64,000 bases of DNA from Eledone cirrhosa (GCA_964016885.1 OZ024762.1:23436001-23500000), one strand, 5' to 3'; shown: positions 26,131 through 40,089, numbered from the stretch's first letter. Numbers and translations are program-made. Notes: a model not told the origin generated them from the sequence alone.

Positions 26131-26710
26131 AGCTGTCGTGTGTTTGTGTGTATGTGTGTGTGTGTTATCTTTTTTTGTGTCTATATGTTTTAGTAACCAA
26201 AATTCTGCTTGCTTCAATCGACGCAATTGATCAATTGCGTCGATTGAAGCAAGCGGAATTTTGGTTGCTTACTAAAACATATAGACAGAAAAAAGATAAC
26301 ACACACACACACATACATACACACATACACACATACACACAAACACGCGACAGCTTTGGGGCAAGCAGAATTTTGACTGCTTACTAATACTTAGACACAT
26401 AAAAAGATAACACACACACATACACACATATACGCACAAACACACGACAGCTTTGGGGCAAGCAGGATTTTGACTGCTTACTAAAACGTATAGACATAAA
26501 AAAAGATAACACACACACACACATACACACATACACACAAACACACGACAGATTTTGGGAAAACAGAATTTTGACTGCTTACTAAATCGTAGACACATAA
26601 AATGATAACACACACACACACATACACACAACAGCTTTGGGGCAAGCAGAATTTTGACAGCTTACTAAATAGTAGACACATAAAAAGATAACACAAACAC
26701 ACACACACTA
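26131..26710. repeat. Perfect palindrome centre followed by ~5 tandem ~85-110-bp CA-containing units
   Basis: Centre TTCAATCGACGCAATTGATCAATTGCGTCGATTGAA; unit TTTTGACTGCTTACTAA..GATAACACAC..CAGCTTTGGGGCAAGCAG. Confidence 0.85.
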
Positions 26711-27179
26711 GATAACACTACATGCGGCTTTGACAGGGAGGGCCATATAGAGGGAATTGGGGGGGGAGGCTACATAGCCCCACTTTCCGCCATGGCGATT
26801 GGACTGCATGCCATGCTTTCCAGGTTACCCTTCGCCACATTTATATATATTTAATCTTCCTTGGTGTTGTAGCAGCTAAAATAGCAGTTGGGTTTTCCCC
26901 TGTTACTATCTGACAGAGTAAGAATGAGGGCTCATTCTAATGACATGGCTTAAATGGGGCTGTTTGCATAATTGCAAACGAATTGAATATAATTATTCTA
27001 TTCAGCCATGTAGAGTGATAACTATTTTTTTTTTTCGTTATATATATATATATATATATATCTTTATCCCGGGTTCAATCAGGGATAACCACAGTAAGTA
27101 AGGTACTCAATACATAGCAGAGTATAAATGTTTAATATAGAGATGGCTTCTACAGGACGAGAACTGTTACAAATAATTA

Positions 27180-27558
27180 ATTGTTTCTATTTTGGGCACA
27201 AGGCCACCAATTACCCAGTGCATAACTGGTACTTTATTTTTTCGACCCCGTCAGGATGAAAGGCAAAGTTAACCTCAGCGGGATTTGAACTCAGAATGGC
27301 AAGGGCCATAACTCTATGCGTCAAAGCCTGGCGTCCGACCATCTACCGATACTGCCAATCCACCGCCTTGTTACAAATAATTGTTTCTACTTTTGGCACA
27401 AGGCCAGCAATTATCCCAGTGTTTTACTGGTACTTTATTTCATCGACCCCCGTAAGGATGAAAGGTAAAGTTAACCTCGGCGGGATTTGAACTCAGTCCA
27501 TAAAGCGCCGTAACTCTTTGCTGCAAAGCATGGCGTCCGACCCTCTATCGATACTTCC
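27180..27558 (-). mobile_element. Two adjacent SINE copies
   Basis: 27180-27368 (flanked by the repeat tgttacaaataatt) and 27380-27558. Confidence 0.88.
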
Positions 27559-28689
27559 AGTAATGACGTAACATTTGTTTTTATTGTAATCAAAAACTAC
27601 TCGTTGGAATTCAACAACATTTTCACAGAATGATGGCAACAGTTATATGCACGTGAGGTCTGCTACTATTTCTAGCAAGTCGAGCTTCCACTAGTTGAAA
27701 GTTGAAAGAATCCCTAGTTGGAATGTATCTTGGAATTAAAACGCCAGCTGTCAAATGTTTCATTTGACCTGCAGTTGATGAAAGTGAGAGAAAAGAGAAA
27801 GATTTGTAATTTTGTCTTAGGCGCAAATATATAATGAATCGTTAATTTACTCAATCAATCATTAATTAAATCAATCAGTAATTAATTTAATCAATTAATC
27901 AACTAATTAATTCATCAATCCTTTATTGAATCAGTCAGTCAATCAGGAATCAAGCGTGACTCGAATAAAATATCTTTAGCTCTTGTGGAACAAATTAATT
28001 TGTGACAATTGAAATGGTTTCCTGGGGACGTCGACTGCACGCAAACCATATGGTTAAGTGTGGGCTAGCATATTTAGTGTAGTGATTTAAAAAATAAAAA
28101 TATGAATATGAAAGCCTAGAAAGGGAGTGAACGAGAGGGAGAGTGACAAAAAAGAGAGAGGGGAGAAAGAGGGAGAGAGAAATTGAGAATGAGAGAGAGG
28201 GGGAAGAAAGAGAGGGAGAAAGAAATTGAGATGGGGAAGAAAGAGAGGGAGAAAGAAATTGAGAGGGGGAAGAAAGAGGGTGAGGGAAACTGAGAGTGAG
28301 GGGGAGAGAGAGAATAATTGTGGGCTAACATACTTAATGTAAATGATTAAAAAATAAACATGAAAACCTGGAAGGAGAGTGAACGAGAGAGAGAGAGAGA
28401 GAGGGTGTGTGTGAGAAAGAGAGAGGGAGAGTGACTAAAAAGAGAGAGGGGAGAAAGAAGGAGTGAGAAATTGAGAGTGAGATAGAGAGTGACAAATGAG
28501 AGAGGAGGAAGAAAGAGGTAGACAGAAAAAGAGAGAGAAAGTGAGAGTGAGAGACAAAAGAGAAGGAGGAAGAGAGAGGGAGAGAGATAAAGTGTGTGAG
28601 AGAGAGAATAAGTTTGGGCTAACATACTTAATGAAATTATTATTTCTATCTGTCTCAACTCCTGACAGAAAGGGCAATATAAAATATAT

Positions 28690-28785
28690 TGTCTTGCTCA
28701 AGGACATAACGCACCGCCCGGTCCGGGAATCGAACTCACAACCTCACGATTGCGAATCCAATTCTCTAACCATGTGTCATAGGCC
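28690..28785 (-). mobile_element. Fragment of a second tRNA-derived (CORE-like) SINE family
   Basis: Minus strand has B-box GAGTTCGATTCCC followed by GTCCTTGAGCAAGAC, resembling a CORE-domain start. Confidence 0.6.
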
Positions 28786-28912
28786 AAAGACCACTAATTA
28801 TTTTGGTCTACCTCATAATAAAAGAACCAGTTGATAAGTTCATCCTGTTCGTTCTCTGTTAGTTCTTGTAACACACTTGAAATGTTAGTTTCAATCGTTA
28901 TTTTGTAATGTC

Positions 28913-29087
28913 GGATTGGCAGTATCGGTAGAGGGTCGGATATGCTTTCCAGCATAGTTACGTCCCTTTACGATCTGAGTTCAAATCCCGCCGAGGTTAA
29001 CTTTGCCTTTCATCCTTACGGGGTCGATAAAATAAAGTACCAGTAATGCACTGAGTAATTGCTGGCCTTGTGCCTAAAGTAGAAACA
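28913..29087 (+). mobile_element. SINE with TSD
   Basis: TSD gttattttgtaatgt at 28897-28911 and 29088-29102. Confidence 0.9.
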
Positions 29088-29377
29088 GTTATTTTGTAAT
29101 GTTGTCGATAAAATAATTCACCCCTGCATGTGTACATGGTTCCAGCACTTCTCATGCAGTCGTAGGGACGCCGCTGTTACATACGACATATCCTGAGCAA
29201 TTTTAAAACTTGGGTGATACCATACCTCTGCACGTTTCAATGTAGCCGATTTCTGAGAAAGAGAGAAAGAGAAATATCTTTCTTTATTTGCCACAGGGGC
29301 GTACAAAAATGGGACATTACAAGACGTGACGGCGAGGGTTTTACATAAAAATCATATAACTTTAACCTTAATAAATA

Positions 29378-29483
29378 ACTGTTTCTACTTTTGGCACAAG
29401 GCCAGCAATTACCCTATGCATTACTGGTACTTTATTTTATCGACCCCGGAAGGATGAAAGGCAAAGTTAACCTCGGCGGGATT
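29378..29483 (-). mobile_element. 5'-truncated SINE
   Basis: Reverse complement of the SINE 3' half. Confidence 0.85.
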
Positions 29484-30266
29484 TAACTTTAATAAATAAC
29501 AATAAACTATATATAATAAAATAACAATTGAAATCCCCAATAGAGGGAACATTACTGCAGGGTTGTTTTACACCCCGTGGATAGAACAACCCTCAACACC
29601 AGGAACACGTTTTGTAGGTGTTCCTGTCTTCCCTCTGTTTATCTTCCTCAACCTACAGGCTTATAAAGAGAGATAAAAAGATAGAGAGAGAGAGAGAGGT
29701 GTGTGTACGTATGTGTGTGTATATTTATGTGATCACGTGTTTACAAGTGTATTGTCCTCAGATATTGGAAATCCAATAAGATTGGAATGAAATTGTAATC
29801 ACATGAATAAGTGTATCGGATTTGATTGGCTGCCAGTTGGCTACAAATTCCAATGGACAGCAAATTATAGGTGTTGTTGGTAGAATTTCGCTTCATGTGC
29901 ATGTCAATTGTTGAGAGAGATATTGAAACCTCGTTAACAATATAGTATTATTAAATATAACACCTGGTATTTAACGTTTCTTCTACATTCCATTCCAATT
30001 AGCACAATTGAATGTCTAATGTCAGTTTTATATTAAAGATACAGTAAGTTATGTCCCCTCCTTATAACTGTCTATATGTTTATAGCTATGATTAAATGAA
30101 CTTTGTGTTGGCCGTGTAATATTTAAGTGTGATGCTTCTGTCAGGATTTTGTAACCGGTAGATAGTATCAGCAATGGAAACATTGTTCTCCGATTTCAAG
30201 AGTTACATCCTACTCGAGAAGCGAATGAAGTCTGGTATCTTGTCGCTCTTTTAAATATATATATAT

Positions 30267-31074
30267 ACTAGCAGCAGTACCCAGCGTTGCCTGGGTAGGT
30301 AAAATAATATCTGCTTTGATGAAAAGGTGTTGATCTTAGCGACTGCTTCTCGATGACTCATCTGTAGCCACACACAGGCCATACGGGGGAGGGTGGTGAT
30401 GACCTCTATCACTGAGAAACGCGGGTAACTGACGAAGGGGCATGCTGGGAGAGGGAGGTAATGACCTCTAACACTAAGCCAAATTTCCTCACGCTACTTG
30501 ATTGGAAACCGATGAAATCTCAAATACGCAACTAAAAGCTTAAACGACGTCAGTGGCCATCGTTTTGCCTTTGACCATATATAAGATGTGCAATGATAGG
30601 TTCTATCGTAGTATAAAAGTTGAACCAAATAAATTGATTTATGTGTGAGGTGGAGCCGAAGTTTCGAATTTGAACGAAATCGGTTGAAAAATGTGGGAGC
30701 TTGAGCCGAAAAAGTGGAAATTTGAGTCTAAAAGTGGTATTTTTGAATATTTAAGCGGCTGACACGCCGTCCCTGAACAACAAATGCAAAATATAAAGCC
30801 ATTGCAGGATGTGCAATGATAACTTCTATTTTGATTTAAAATTTGAACGAAATCGGTGGCAAAATGTGGGAGCTAGAGCCAAAAATCTTATTTTTATCTG
30901 CAGAATGAACCAGGAATAAAAAAAACGATACGCTGATATATAGAAGACACTTCCCGATTACTAATCAATGAGCCTGTAAAATTTCATGAAAATCGGTCGT
31001 AAGATGTAGGCCCCTATAGGTAATACACACACACACACACACACACACTTATTTAACTTTATATATATACAGAT
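30267..31074 (+). mobile_element. Non-autonomous Helentron/DINE-like element
   Basis: 5' ACTAG..ACCCAGCGTTGCCTGGGT hairpin, internal repeated AATTTGAACGAAATCGGT / AAATTTCATGAAAATCGGT blocks, subterminal (CA)n and a CTTTATATATATACAGAT end. Confidence 0.7.
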
Positions 31075-31276
31075 ATATATAAATATATATGTTTTAGTGT
31101 TAGGTAATAAATCCATAGTTAGTGTTGTATGTACACATATGTCTTTTTCTATATTGCTATATATTTTTATTTTTTATATATTATTTTTCTTATGTATATT
31201 TCCCGTTATTTTTCCAGCCTCACTTCCAATTTTTAACAGATTTTATGTCTCATTTCATATATTTTATCTCTAACAT

Positions 31277-31344
31277 CTCTGTCTGACGAACGATCCAGAC
31301 ATATATTATTATTGTCTGTGATCCAGAAACCTTTGGTAATGGAG
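31277..31344 (+). ncRNA. Hammerhead motif, family F
   Basis: CTCTGT-CTGACGA-..GATC-CAGACA..TGTCTG-t-GATC..-GAAACCtttGGTA-ATGGAG. Confidence 0.7.
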
Positions 31345-31375
31345 TAGTTATATCTTGTGTTGTTCATTTTCTAAT

Positions 31376-31428
<53 letters not shown>

Positions 31429-31650
31429 ATACTTGGGGAGGGTCATATTGTTATAATATTGGCAGAAATAATAACAGAACGCACTCACTGTTTAGTTTGG
31501 GTTGGTTTTTGCTTCTGTATCTTTTATATCTCCATAGTTAATTTATTTGGCAATCAATGTTTATCATTGATTGACCAACGGTTAAAAATACAAATATAAA
31601 TATATTAAAATACAAATATTAATAAAATAGATGTTCTTTTGATCAATTAA

Positions 31651-31703
31651 ATTTTATTATACATATTTCAGAGGTACAACAGTACGTCCTCATCAGACAA
31701 AAT
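31651..31703 (-). ncRNA. Hammerhead motif, family E
   Basis: Minus strand reads ATTTTGT-CTGATGA-GGACGTACtgttGTACCTCT-GAAATATGTATA-ATAAAAT. Confidence 0.75.
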
Positions 31704-31799
31704 ATAATGATACATGACATACCCTGAGATGTTAAATGGTTAATATTTAATCAAGGTAGTGATTTAATTAAGATATAAATATATATATATATAGTCTAT

Positions 31800-31838
31800 C
31801 CAAGTTCTTTCGTCGCACATCTGCGACATCATCAGTGG
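31800..31838 (-). ncRNA. Minimal hammerhead motif similar to 39614-39656
   Basis: Minus strand reads CCA-CTGATGA-t-GTCGCagatgtGCGAC-GAAAGAACT-TGG; apparently 1 nt short at the cleavage site. Confidence 0.62.
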
Positions 31839-31888
31839 TACCATTATCTTTCCTCCAATTGTATTGTAATGTCTACGCCATTTTTATT

Positions 31889-31935
<47 letters not shown>

Positions 31936-31965
31936 TTTTTGTCTCTGTCTCTTCACATGCGTTTG

Positions 31966-32028
<63 letters not shown>

Positions 32029-32174
32029 AGGGAGTGTAAAGTGGAGTTACTGTAGGTTCACCCAGGTAAGCACTCGATGTTTAGGTTCACTTCAGTATGG
32101 AGGTGTAGAGCTAGACACAGTGTATTATAATAATACAAGGACGAATGGATATACCTTCATTACGTTTATTGGTT

Positions 32175-32259
32175 GGTGACGCGCGTTTCGCTGCTGAGCA
32201 GCCCTAGGTTCGATCTGTATCGATCTAGCCCGACTCTGGAATCAAAAGCTCGTCGGACC
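32175..32259 (-). ncRNA. Hammerhead motif with U4C core and multibranched stem II
   Basis: Minus strand reads GGT-CCGACGA-GC...GC-GAA-ACGCGCGT-C-ACC. Confidence 0.6.
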
Positions 32260-32298
32260 TCTGTAGTAGTAATGACAGAATAATATATCAGAATATAC

Positions 32299-32386
<88 letters not shown>

Positions 32387-32645
32387 TTACTCCATATAGA
32401 TTTACTTATTGTTTCGACTTCCTCCCCCTCTCTAGTATACTTCTCTCGACCTCTTATCCTTAGGATTCTGCGGTAGTTGTCACTTTCAACGCACGACTGG
32501 GTTTCCTCCACTCCCTCTCCCTCTTTCTTCTACTGGCAAGTTCAGCTACCCCTTCCTTCCACAAAATGCCATGATAGAATTATGTGTCTCAACAACAAAC
32601 TTTTGACCAATCCTTGTGACAATCACTTTTACCATATATGGAATT

Positions 32646-32754
32646 ACCCACTGAGAAGCTCGGCTATTCATATACCGGGATAAACATTTTAATTTAGTCC
32701 AGAATCAGCCGTCGAAACGGCTTGAGCTCATCCGTCGGGGTCCTACTCGTTCCT
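32646..32754 (+). ncRNA. Most complete family A hammerhead (CUGAGAA core)
   Basis: ACCCa-CTGAGAA-g..CGGCTATTC..GAATcAGCCGtc-GAA-ACGG..CCGT-C-GGGGT. Confidence 0.6.
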
Positions 32755-32764
32755 ATATATATAT

Positions 32765-32864
<100 letters not shown>

Positions 32865-32875
32865 GTATATATATG

Positions 32876-32926
<51 letters not shown>

Positions 32927-32927
32927 G

Positions 32928-32959
<32 letters not shown>

Positions 32960-32969
32960 TTTGTATATG

Positions 32970-33047
<78 letters not shown>

Positions 33048-33057
33048 TATGTATATG

Positions 33058-33114
<57 letters not shown>

Positions 33115-33129
33115 GTATATATATATATG

Positions 33130-33206
<77 letters not shown>

Positions 33207-33401
33207 ATTCTGCCAGGAGTTGCAACTGGTAGATAGTATCAGCAATGGAAAGACCAATGGAAACATTGTTTCCTCGGTCCGATTTTACGAGTTCCACCCT
33301 ACTCTGTAAACGAACGAGGTCTGGAAGATTGTCCATCGATTCGATCTTTCTGTCTATGGCTAAATATACCCTCCCCCTAACAACTACTTCGTTGAAGACA
33401 C

Positions 33402-33450
<49 letters not shown>

Positions 33451-33604
33451 CTAATTCGAACTCACACACCTATGAATATCAGAGACCCCTACTTTTCCCA
33501 CCATTCTGCCTTCTTGCTGATAACAACACAAATATCCTCTCTTCACTGTGTGTTTTACGCAATTATATAATTCGTTTAAACATTTCCTTAAATCTTAATG
33601 TCTT

Positions 33605-33641
33605 ACAACAACAACTACTACTACTACTAGCCAACAAACCT

Positions 33642-33675
<34 letters not shown>

Positions 33676-34347
33676 GCTGCTGCTGATGCTGATGCTGCTG
33701 ATGCTGCTGCTCGCCATCAAACCCTACAACTACAACTGCTATGGTGGTGTTAGTAATGGTGGTAGTGGTATTAATGGTGGTGGTGTTAGTAATGGTGGTG
33801 GTGGTATTAATCGTGGTGATGGTAGTGGTGGTGGTATTAATGGTGGTGGTGTTAGTAATGGTGGTGGTGGTGGTGGTGGTATTAATGGTGGTGGTGTTAG
33901 TAATGGTGGTGGTGGTGGTGGTATTAATCGTGGTGATGGTAGTGGTGGTGGTATTAATGGTGGTGGTGTTAGTAATGGTGTTGGTAGTGGTGGTAGTGGT
34001 ATTAATGGTGGTGGTGGTAGTGGTATTAATGGTGGTGGTGTTAGTAATGGTGGTGGTGGTGGTATTAATGGTGGTGGTGTTAGTAATGGTGTTGGTAGTG
34101 GTGGTATTAATCGTGGTGAAGGTGGTGGTGGTGGTGGTAACAATGCTAGTGTTAGTGGTGACAAGGATTGTGATGGTGATGGTGATAATGGTGATGATGG
34201 TGATGATGATGATGATGGTTCTGAAGATGATGATGATGGTGACGAGGATAATAATAGTAGTGATGAAGATGGTGATGAAGATAGTGATGGTGATGATGAT
34301 GGTGATGATGATGGTGATGGCGATGATGATGGTAATGATGATGATGA
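33605..34347. repeat. (CTA)/(GGT)/(GAT) low-complexity tract
   Basis: Seen directly. Confidence 0.93.
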
Positions 34348-35782
34348 ATAAAATGCGTGACGTAATTTTTCAGGCCTAAAAAGATAAGCTTTATAAATCA
34401 CTTCTTCCTGACAAAACTCAAATCCTTGGCTTCGAACCCATTGCATAAGGATGTCTTAAGTCTTTTAACGATTGGTGGGGAGAGGGGGAGGATGGGGTGG
34501 GGAGAAGGGTATTAGAGAGGAGAGAGAGAAGAAAGATAGAGAAGGCGAGAGAGGTTGGATTAGAGAGGAGAAAGAGAAAGAGAGATGTGATAAGAGAGAG
34601 CGAGAGAGAGAGAGATGGGATAAGAGAGAGAGAAAGAGAGAGAAGGAGAGAGATGGGATTAGAGAGGAAGAGAAAGGCTAAAACGGGACAGTGTCAGAGA
34701 GAGAGTGAGAGAAAGAAAGATAGATAGACAGGATTAGAAAGGCAGAGAAAAGTTAAAAGAGGAGAGGTTCTTAGAGAGAGGAAGGAGGTGGATAGAAAGT
34801 AGCGAGCTGGAGACGGTAAAAAGAGCGAGAGAGTTTAGAGAGAGAGTAATAGGTGAGAGTAGTTAAATAGAGAGTGGGTCACAGAGAGAGAGAAAGGTGG
34901 TAGAGAGAGAGGCGAGAGTTAGTGGGAAAGAGATGAGAGATGGGTTAGAGAAAGATGTAGTAAGAGGAGAACTTAGAAAGAGATGAGAGAGAGAAAGAAA
35001 GAGAGAGTAAACGACAAGTTAGAGATAAGTAAGTTTAGAGACAGAGAGGGGAAATGTGAAAGAGAGGTAAGGATTATAAGAGAGAGAAAGAAGATTGAGT
35101 GGGATAATGAGAGAGATAGAGAGAGAGAGAGAGTGAGAGAGATGGAGTGAGAGAGAGAGAAAGAGAGAGACGGAGTTAGAGATAGATCAAAGGAGAGAGA
35201 AAGAGAGAGTCGGGGAGGAAGAGCGAGAGATGGAGGTCGAAAGAAAGTGAGAGAAAAAATTAAAGAGAGAGAAACTGTCTGTTGGGTGATAAATTGGGCT
35301 TTTAAAGATCTGAAATCCGTCGGAAAAATACATTTCAATAGAAGAGATACTTCATAATAATAATAATAATAAAAACCTTTGTAAACACAGTTGTATCATC
35401 TTGAACAAGGATACACTTCGGAAATATGAAGCGTAGTTCTTTTCTTTACCCAGTGTGTAGATTTGAACATCAAATATAAACAGCGCCTATCGCAGGAAAC
35501 CGTCCGTAGCCACGTCTGTCTCCCGATGGTAGCCATAATGCTATAATGCCAAACTGATATGCAGGGGTAAATTATGATGTCGTTGTTGTTGTTGTACTTA
35601 CTGCTGATACTGTTGTTGTTGTAGTTACTACTGCTGTTGTAGTTGATGTTGTTAAGTTTTTTGTTGCTTTCCTTCTGATCTTCGTTAATCTTTCTTTTTA
35701 TATTTATACACACACATACATGTATACATATACATATACAATCACAGACAAACACACAAACACGCACACACACATACACACA

Positions 35783-35836
<54 letters not shown>

Positions 35837-36060
35837 ACCGGAAATTTATAATTTTATTTAATTTATAATTTAATTTATAATAAATTGGAGTGAAAGCAAC
35901 TGGTGCGTGTGTTTCTTATTGGCGACATAACCCTCCCTAAGTATAACAATATCGGTTTCAACACACGTTTTCAGATAAAAAATCTTGCTAAACAAATTCT
36001 GAAACGAAATATCATAAGCCTTAGCCAGGCTAACAAGATTCTGAAAACCACCATGTTCTG

Positions 36061-39000
36061 TTGTCTAAGGAAAACAATAACATTTCGACAACTACACTTC
36101 ATAAAAGAATGTGCTTCATCCCGAGTTTACACCAACACCATCAACACCGATGTAAGAAGATTACAACTTGCCAAAAAAAACAAGCAGATAGGCTAAAACG
36201 AACACTAATTCTAAACATAAAAAAGATTTACAGAGAATTAAGTTATCAAGAAAAACATAACCGTAACCAAATACAAGAAATAACTAAGATCATCACACCA
36301 AAAGAAAAATTAGAATACATAAACATTATACACGAAGAAGAAAAATACATCATCCAAGAATGCAACAAACACTTTAACAAGAAATTAACGTGGCTCAAAC
36401 AGAAGAAACTAAACCAAGAAACTTCAGAGAATAGAGATAAATATCCAGATAGGATTAATGGTATAAACCTGGCTGATGTCTCATTAACGGACGAATTCAA
36501 CAACAATACAAATATATACGGCAACACTACAGTGGACTCTGATGAATTATCCATTCTACAACTACCACCTAAATATGCCACATATAATAAGGTAAATATG
36601 ACAAGATGCTTGTCAGAAATAGAAAAATCATTTACAAACTTATATTGGAGCCTCAAAAGCAATAACAAAAATAACAACACGAACAACAGACACACAGACA
36701 CAAACAACGATAACAACAACACACACAATAATAATAACAACATACACAGAGACAACAACAATAACAACAACAACAACAACACACATCAACAACAACAACA
36801 ACAACAACACACACACATCCTATGCCTCTCACCACCACCACAATCTTAACAGACTCACAAACACAGAAAACAGATAAAGACAGTAACACAGAGGTGAGGG
36901 ACTGTAATAGCAATGAGAGAAGTAGAGAGGCTAATGACAATGACATGACAGGGAAAATAACCAGGACGAACAAACCGACACACAAAATAGATTAGATAAT
37001 AACAAGGAGTCAGAAGGAAGGGACAGGAGTAACAATGAGAGACATAGAAACAACCATGAGGCTGTTGGTGGAAATAGAAATAGAAACAACAACACAACTA
37101 AGAATAGCAATAGAACACACAACGCAACCTGGAATTCCACATTTTATAACCCTTCTGATATGTCCTTCGACTTACGACGAGTCCACGCCACGACTTTAGC
37201 TTTTAACAAACGTACGAAATTGCTGTCGCAGTGCGATGAACAAACAGAAGCACAATTTAATATCACTAGATCTAAACTTAGAAATATTATAGAACAGTAT
37301 AGCAAGAAGAAAAATAGAATGGAGACCCAGCTACTGGGATAAAAATCTGCAAATGGCTTGCGTAAGCTCATGCAGCGCTCACGTAATGGAGAGATTGCAT
37401 GCTTTCCAACAGACAAGTCCGGCAGAACGTCGGTTGACAGTCCTGTCAAACTACATCCAGGCAATGCAACCCAACATCACTAACACAAGAGAAGTAATAC
37501 CACAAGAGCATGAGGATAGGGAGAAAACCCTCAACGCTCATATGATGATGTGGACAAACATAATTCAGCCCAATAAACAGACTGCCAACAACTTGCAGGC
37601 CTGGAACAATGACGAGCCAGCGTTGTATGGGCTTCGAAAAGACCATAAGACGAACAGTGACCCACCTACTTCTTCTCCCTGATCGCACGCCCCATCATTG
37701 AAATGTCCCCGGGTATATGTGACAGCACGGAGGACCTCCTCGGCAGAATCAGCGAAAATAACCGATCTAGGGACCTAACAGACTTATAATAGGAAGTATG
37801 GATGTAGTGTCCCTATACCCATCCATTGACGTGGATTTTGCTGTGGAGAAATGCGTGGAAATGATCAGTGAGAGCAATATTGAATTCCGTGGGATTGATA
37901 CCAGTGAACTGCGTCTCCTACTTAAACTTACATATAATAATGATTATCTAGATGCGTATGACCTTAGCAACCTCTGCCCCACAAGGCCAGCAAGAGGCAG
38001 ACCACCTACCATCACCTCAATGGCCAAGAAAACCTACACAAAAAGATGGAACGGGTGGACCAGAGCCATACGGACCCCCGAAAACCATGATGAACTAAAG
38101 AAAATGACTGCACATGCGGTGGGGGCCAGTATAAAACTAACCCTTAAGGAACATATGTTCAAATTTAATGGAAAAACATATGCCCAAGAGGATGGAGCAG
38201 CCATTGGCTTTAGAATTGCAGGTGACATAGCTAAACTCATGGTATGGTGGGACAATAAACTTAAAGAACAATTAGAAGACAGCAACCTCCTAACCCTGAT
38301 AATGGACTCTCGCTACGATGATATAAACATCGTAGTAAAAACACCCCCACTAGCGAACAGTCAGGAATTAGAGAAAAACACCATGGAAAGCATCCAGCAA
38401 ATAGCTGACACCATCCACCAAAGTATTAAAGTTACTATAGACTCCCCAAGCAAACACCCCAACCATCGATTACCTGTACTAGACACAGAGCTCTGGTTAG
38501 AAACCATTAAAAACAAAAAACAAATTGTCCATTCCCATTATGCCAAACCCATGACTTCCAAATACCTGATACAGCGAAACTCAGTTGTTTCGGATCACAC
38601 CACGATCAACATACTGATTGCGGATTTGGTACGGGTGATGAGAAACGTGTCCCGCATGTGCAACCCCAAAGAACTAGAGAGACACATACAACACTTCATC
38701 CACCGTATGCAGTTCTCTGGTTATAACCAGAGAGATAAAATCAGAGTATATAGAGGAGCCAGAACCAAATGAGAAAAAATGGTAAATAATGATACAAATG
38801 GGACCTGCCCCTTGTATAGAAGCACATTTTGGAATAGAATAGAAAGAACTAGGAATAAGGTTAATAGAATAAACTCATGGTATGATAGCAATAAATACCA
38901 GAGTGTAATGTTCATCAATACAACCACCAGAGGTGAACTAGCTTACACATTTAGAAGGGCCCTAGATAAACTTAAACTAAATATTAAGATAGTAGAAAGA

Positions 39001-39410
39001 CCAGGTACCTCCGTAAAAACACTTATTAGTAATACATACCCTTTTCAAAGACCCCCCTGTATAGATCAGAAATGCATAATCTGTAAACTAAGCCTCCATA
39101 TTAACTGCAAAACAAGAAACATAGTATATAGCTAATATGTACTGAGGAACAATGTAAAGATAAGAATATAATGTACATAGGCGAGACAGCTCGTAGTATA
39201 GAAGAACGATGAGAGAGCTTCAAGATAGAAAAGGCTCATCAGTACTCCACCAAAATGCTAAAATAGAACGTAAGGGCAAATAGAAATAAAAATAAAATCT
39301 ACACACAGAAAAGACGCAGTGTTTAGACAAATTACAGAGTCATTAAACATAAATGAACTCCAACCAGAATTAAATAGAAAACATGAATGGAATAGCAACA
39401 TTACAACTTA
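36061..39410 (+). pseudogene. PLE polyprotein pseudogene (N-terminal domain, RT, Zn-knuckle linker, GIY-YIG)
   Basis: ORF pieces contain LYGLRKDHK, DVVSLYPSI, QEDGAAIG, SRYDDI, LPVLD, MQFSGY, then C..C..C..CKTRNIVY..MYIGETARS..LQPELNRKHEW. Broken by stops and frameshifts. Confidence 0.88.
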
Positions 39411-39613
39411 CAATTAAGTACAAAATGAAAACACACACACATAGAACAAACAACCAACCAGTTACATGTAAATAAACAAATAAATAAACAAATAAAAACA
39501 CACACAGACACCCGGATGTAACAAATGCGCAAACTAAGCACACAACACACACAAAAACAAGATGGCGTAGGACAGAACAAAGGAGAGGCACAAAACAAAG
39601 AAAAGAATCCGCG

Positions 39614-39656
39614 GTCACTGATCAGGTCACAGAATGTGTGACGAAAGAACTTTGAC
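39614..39656 (+). ncRNA. Minimal hammerhead in the PLE 3' UTR (G8C mutated)
   Basis: GTCA-CTGATCA-g-GTCACagaatgtGTGAC-GAA-AGaaCT-T-TGAC. Confidence 0.68.
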
Positions 39657-39801
39657 AATATATGAACAACCAACCGGTTGTGGAACCAACCAACCGGAAA
39701 TTTATATTTTTTTTTAAATTTATAATTTAATTTATAATAAATTGGAGTGAAAGAAACTGGTGCGTGTGTTTCTTATTGGCAACATGACCCTCCCAAAGTA
39801 T

Positions 39802-39863
<62 letters not shown>

Positions 39864-40010
39864 CAAAGAATAGAGGTGTAACACACGAGTTGTGATATAT
39901 TGGTAAAAGGAAAAGACAATGCTGACAAATTGTTCCCAGTGAAAAATAGTTTAATTAGGAATAAGTGAGAATTAGTAATAATATTGGTAAGTATTCAGTT
40001 TTGGTTTTAA

Positions 40011-40051
40011 GTTATACCGGTTGCGCATTTCTAATGCTTTTCAAAAATAAT
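40011..40051 (-). ncRNA. Degenerate U3-A8 hammerhead
   Basis: Minus strand reads TTGAAAA-GCATTagaAATGC-GcAACCGGTA; GAAA is mutated and stem I is poor. Confidence 0.45.
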
Positions 40052-40089
40052 TTTGAGATAGAGCGCCCGTGATGTTTGCTCTAATCTAA

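Larger units (their letters stand above)
35837..39808 (+). mobile_element. Near-full-length Penelope-like retroelement (probably Neptune-type), disrupted, with ~115-bp direct pLTRs
   Basis: Direct repeats 35837-35951 / 39692-39808, both ends in (TA)n. Contains RT and GIY-YIG remnants and an HHR in the 3' UTR. Confidence 0.9.

Noticed and set aside
35449-35552. Integrin FG-GAP-like peptide FGIIAL..GD..GY..AIGAVYI on the minus strand
   Set aside because: That frame hits a stop immediately and the motif spacing is wrong; probably chance.
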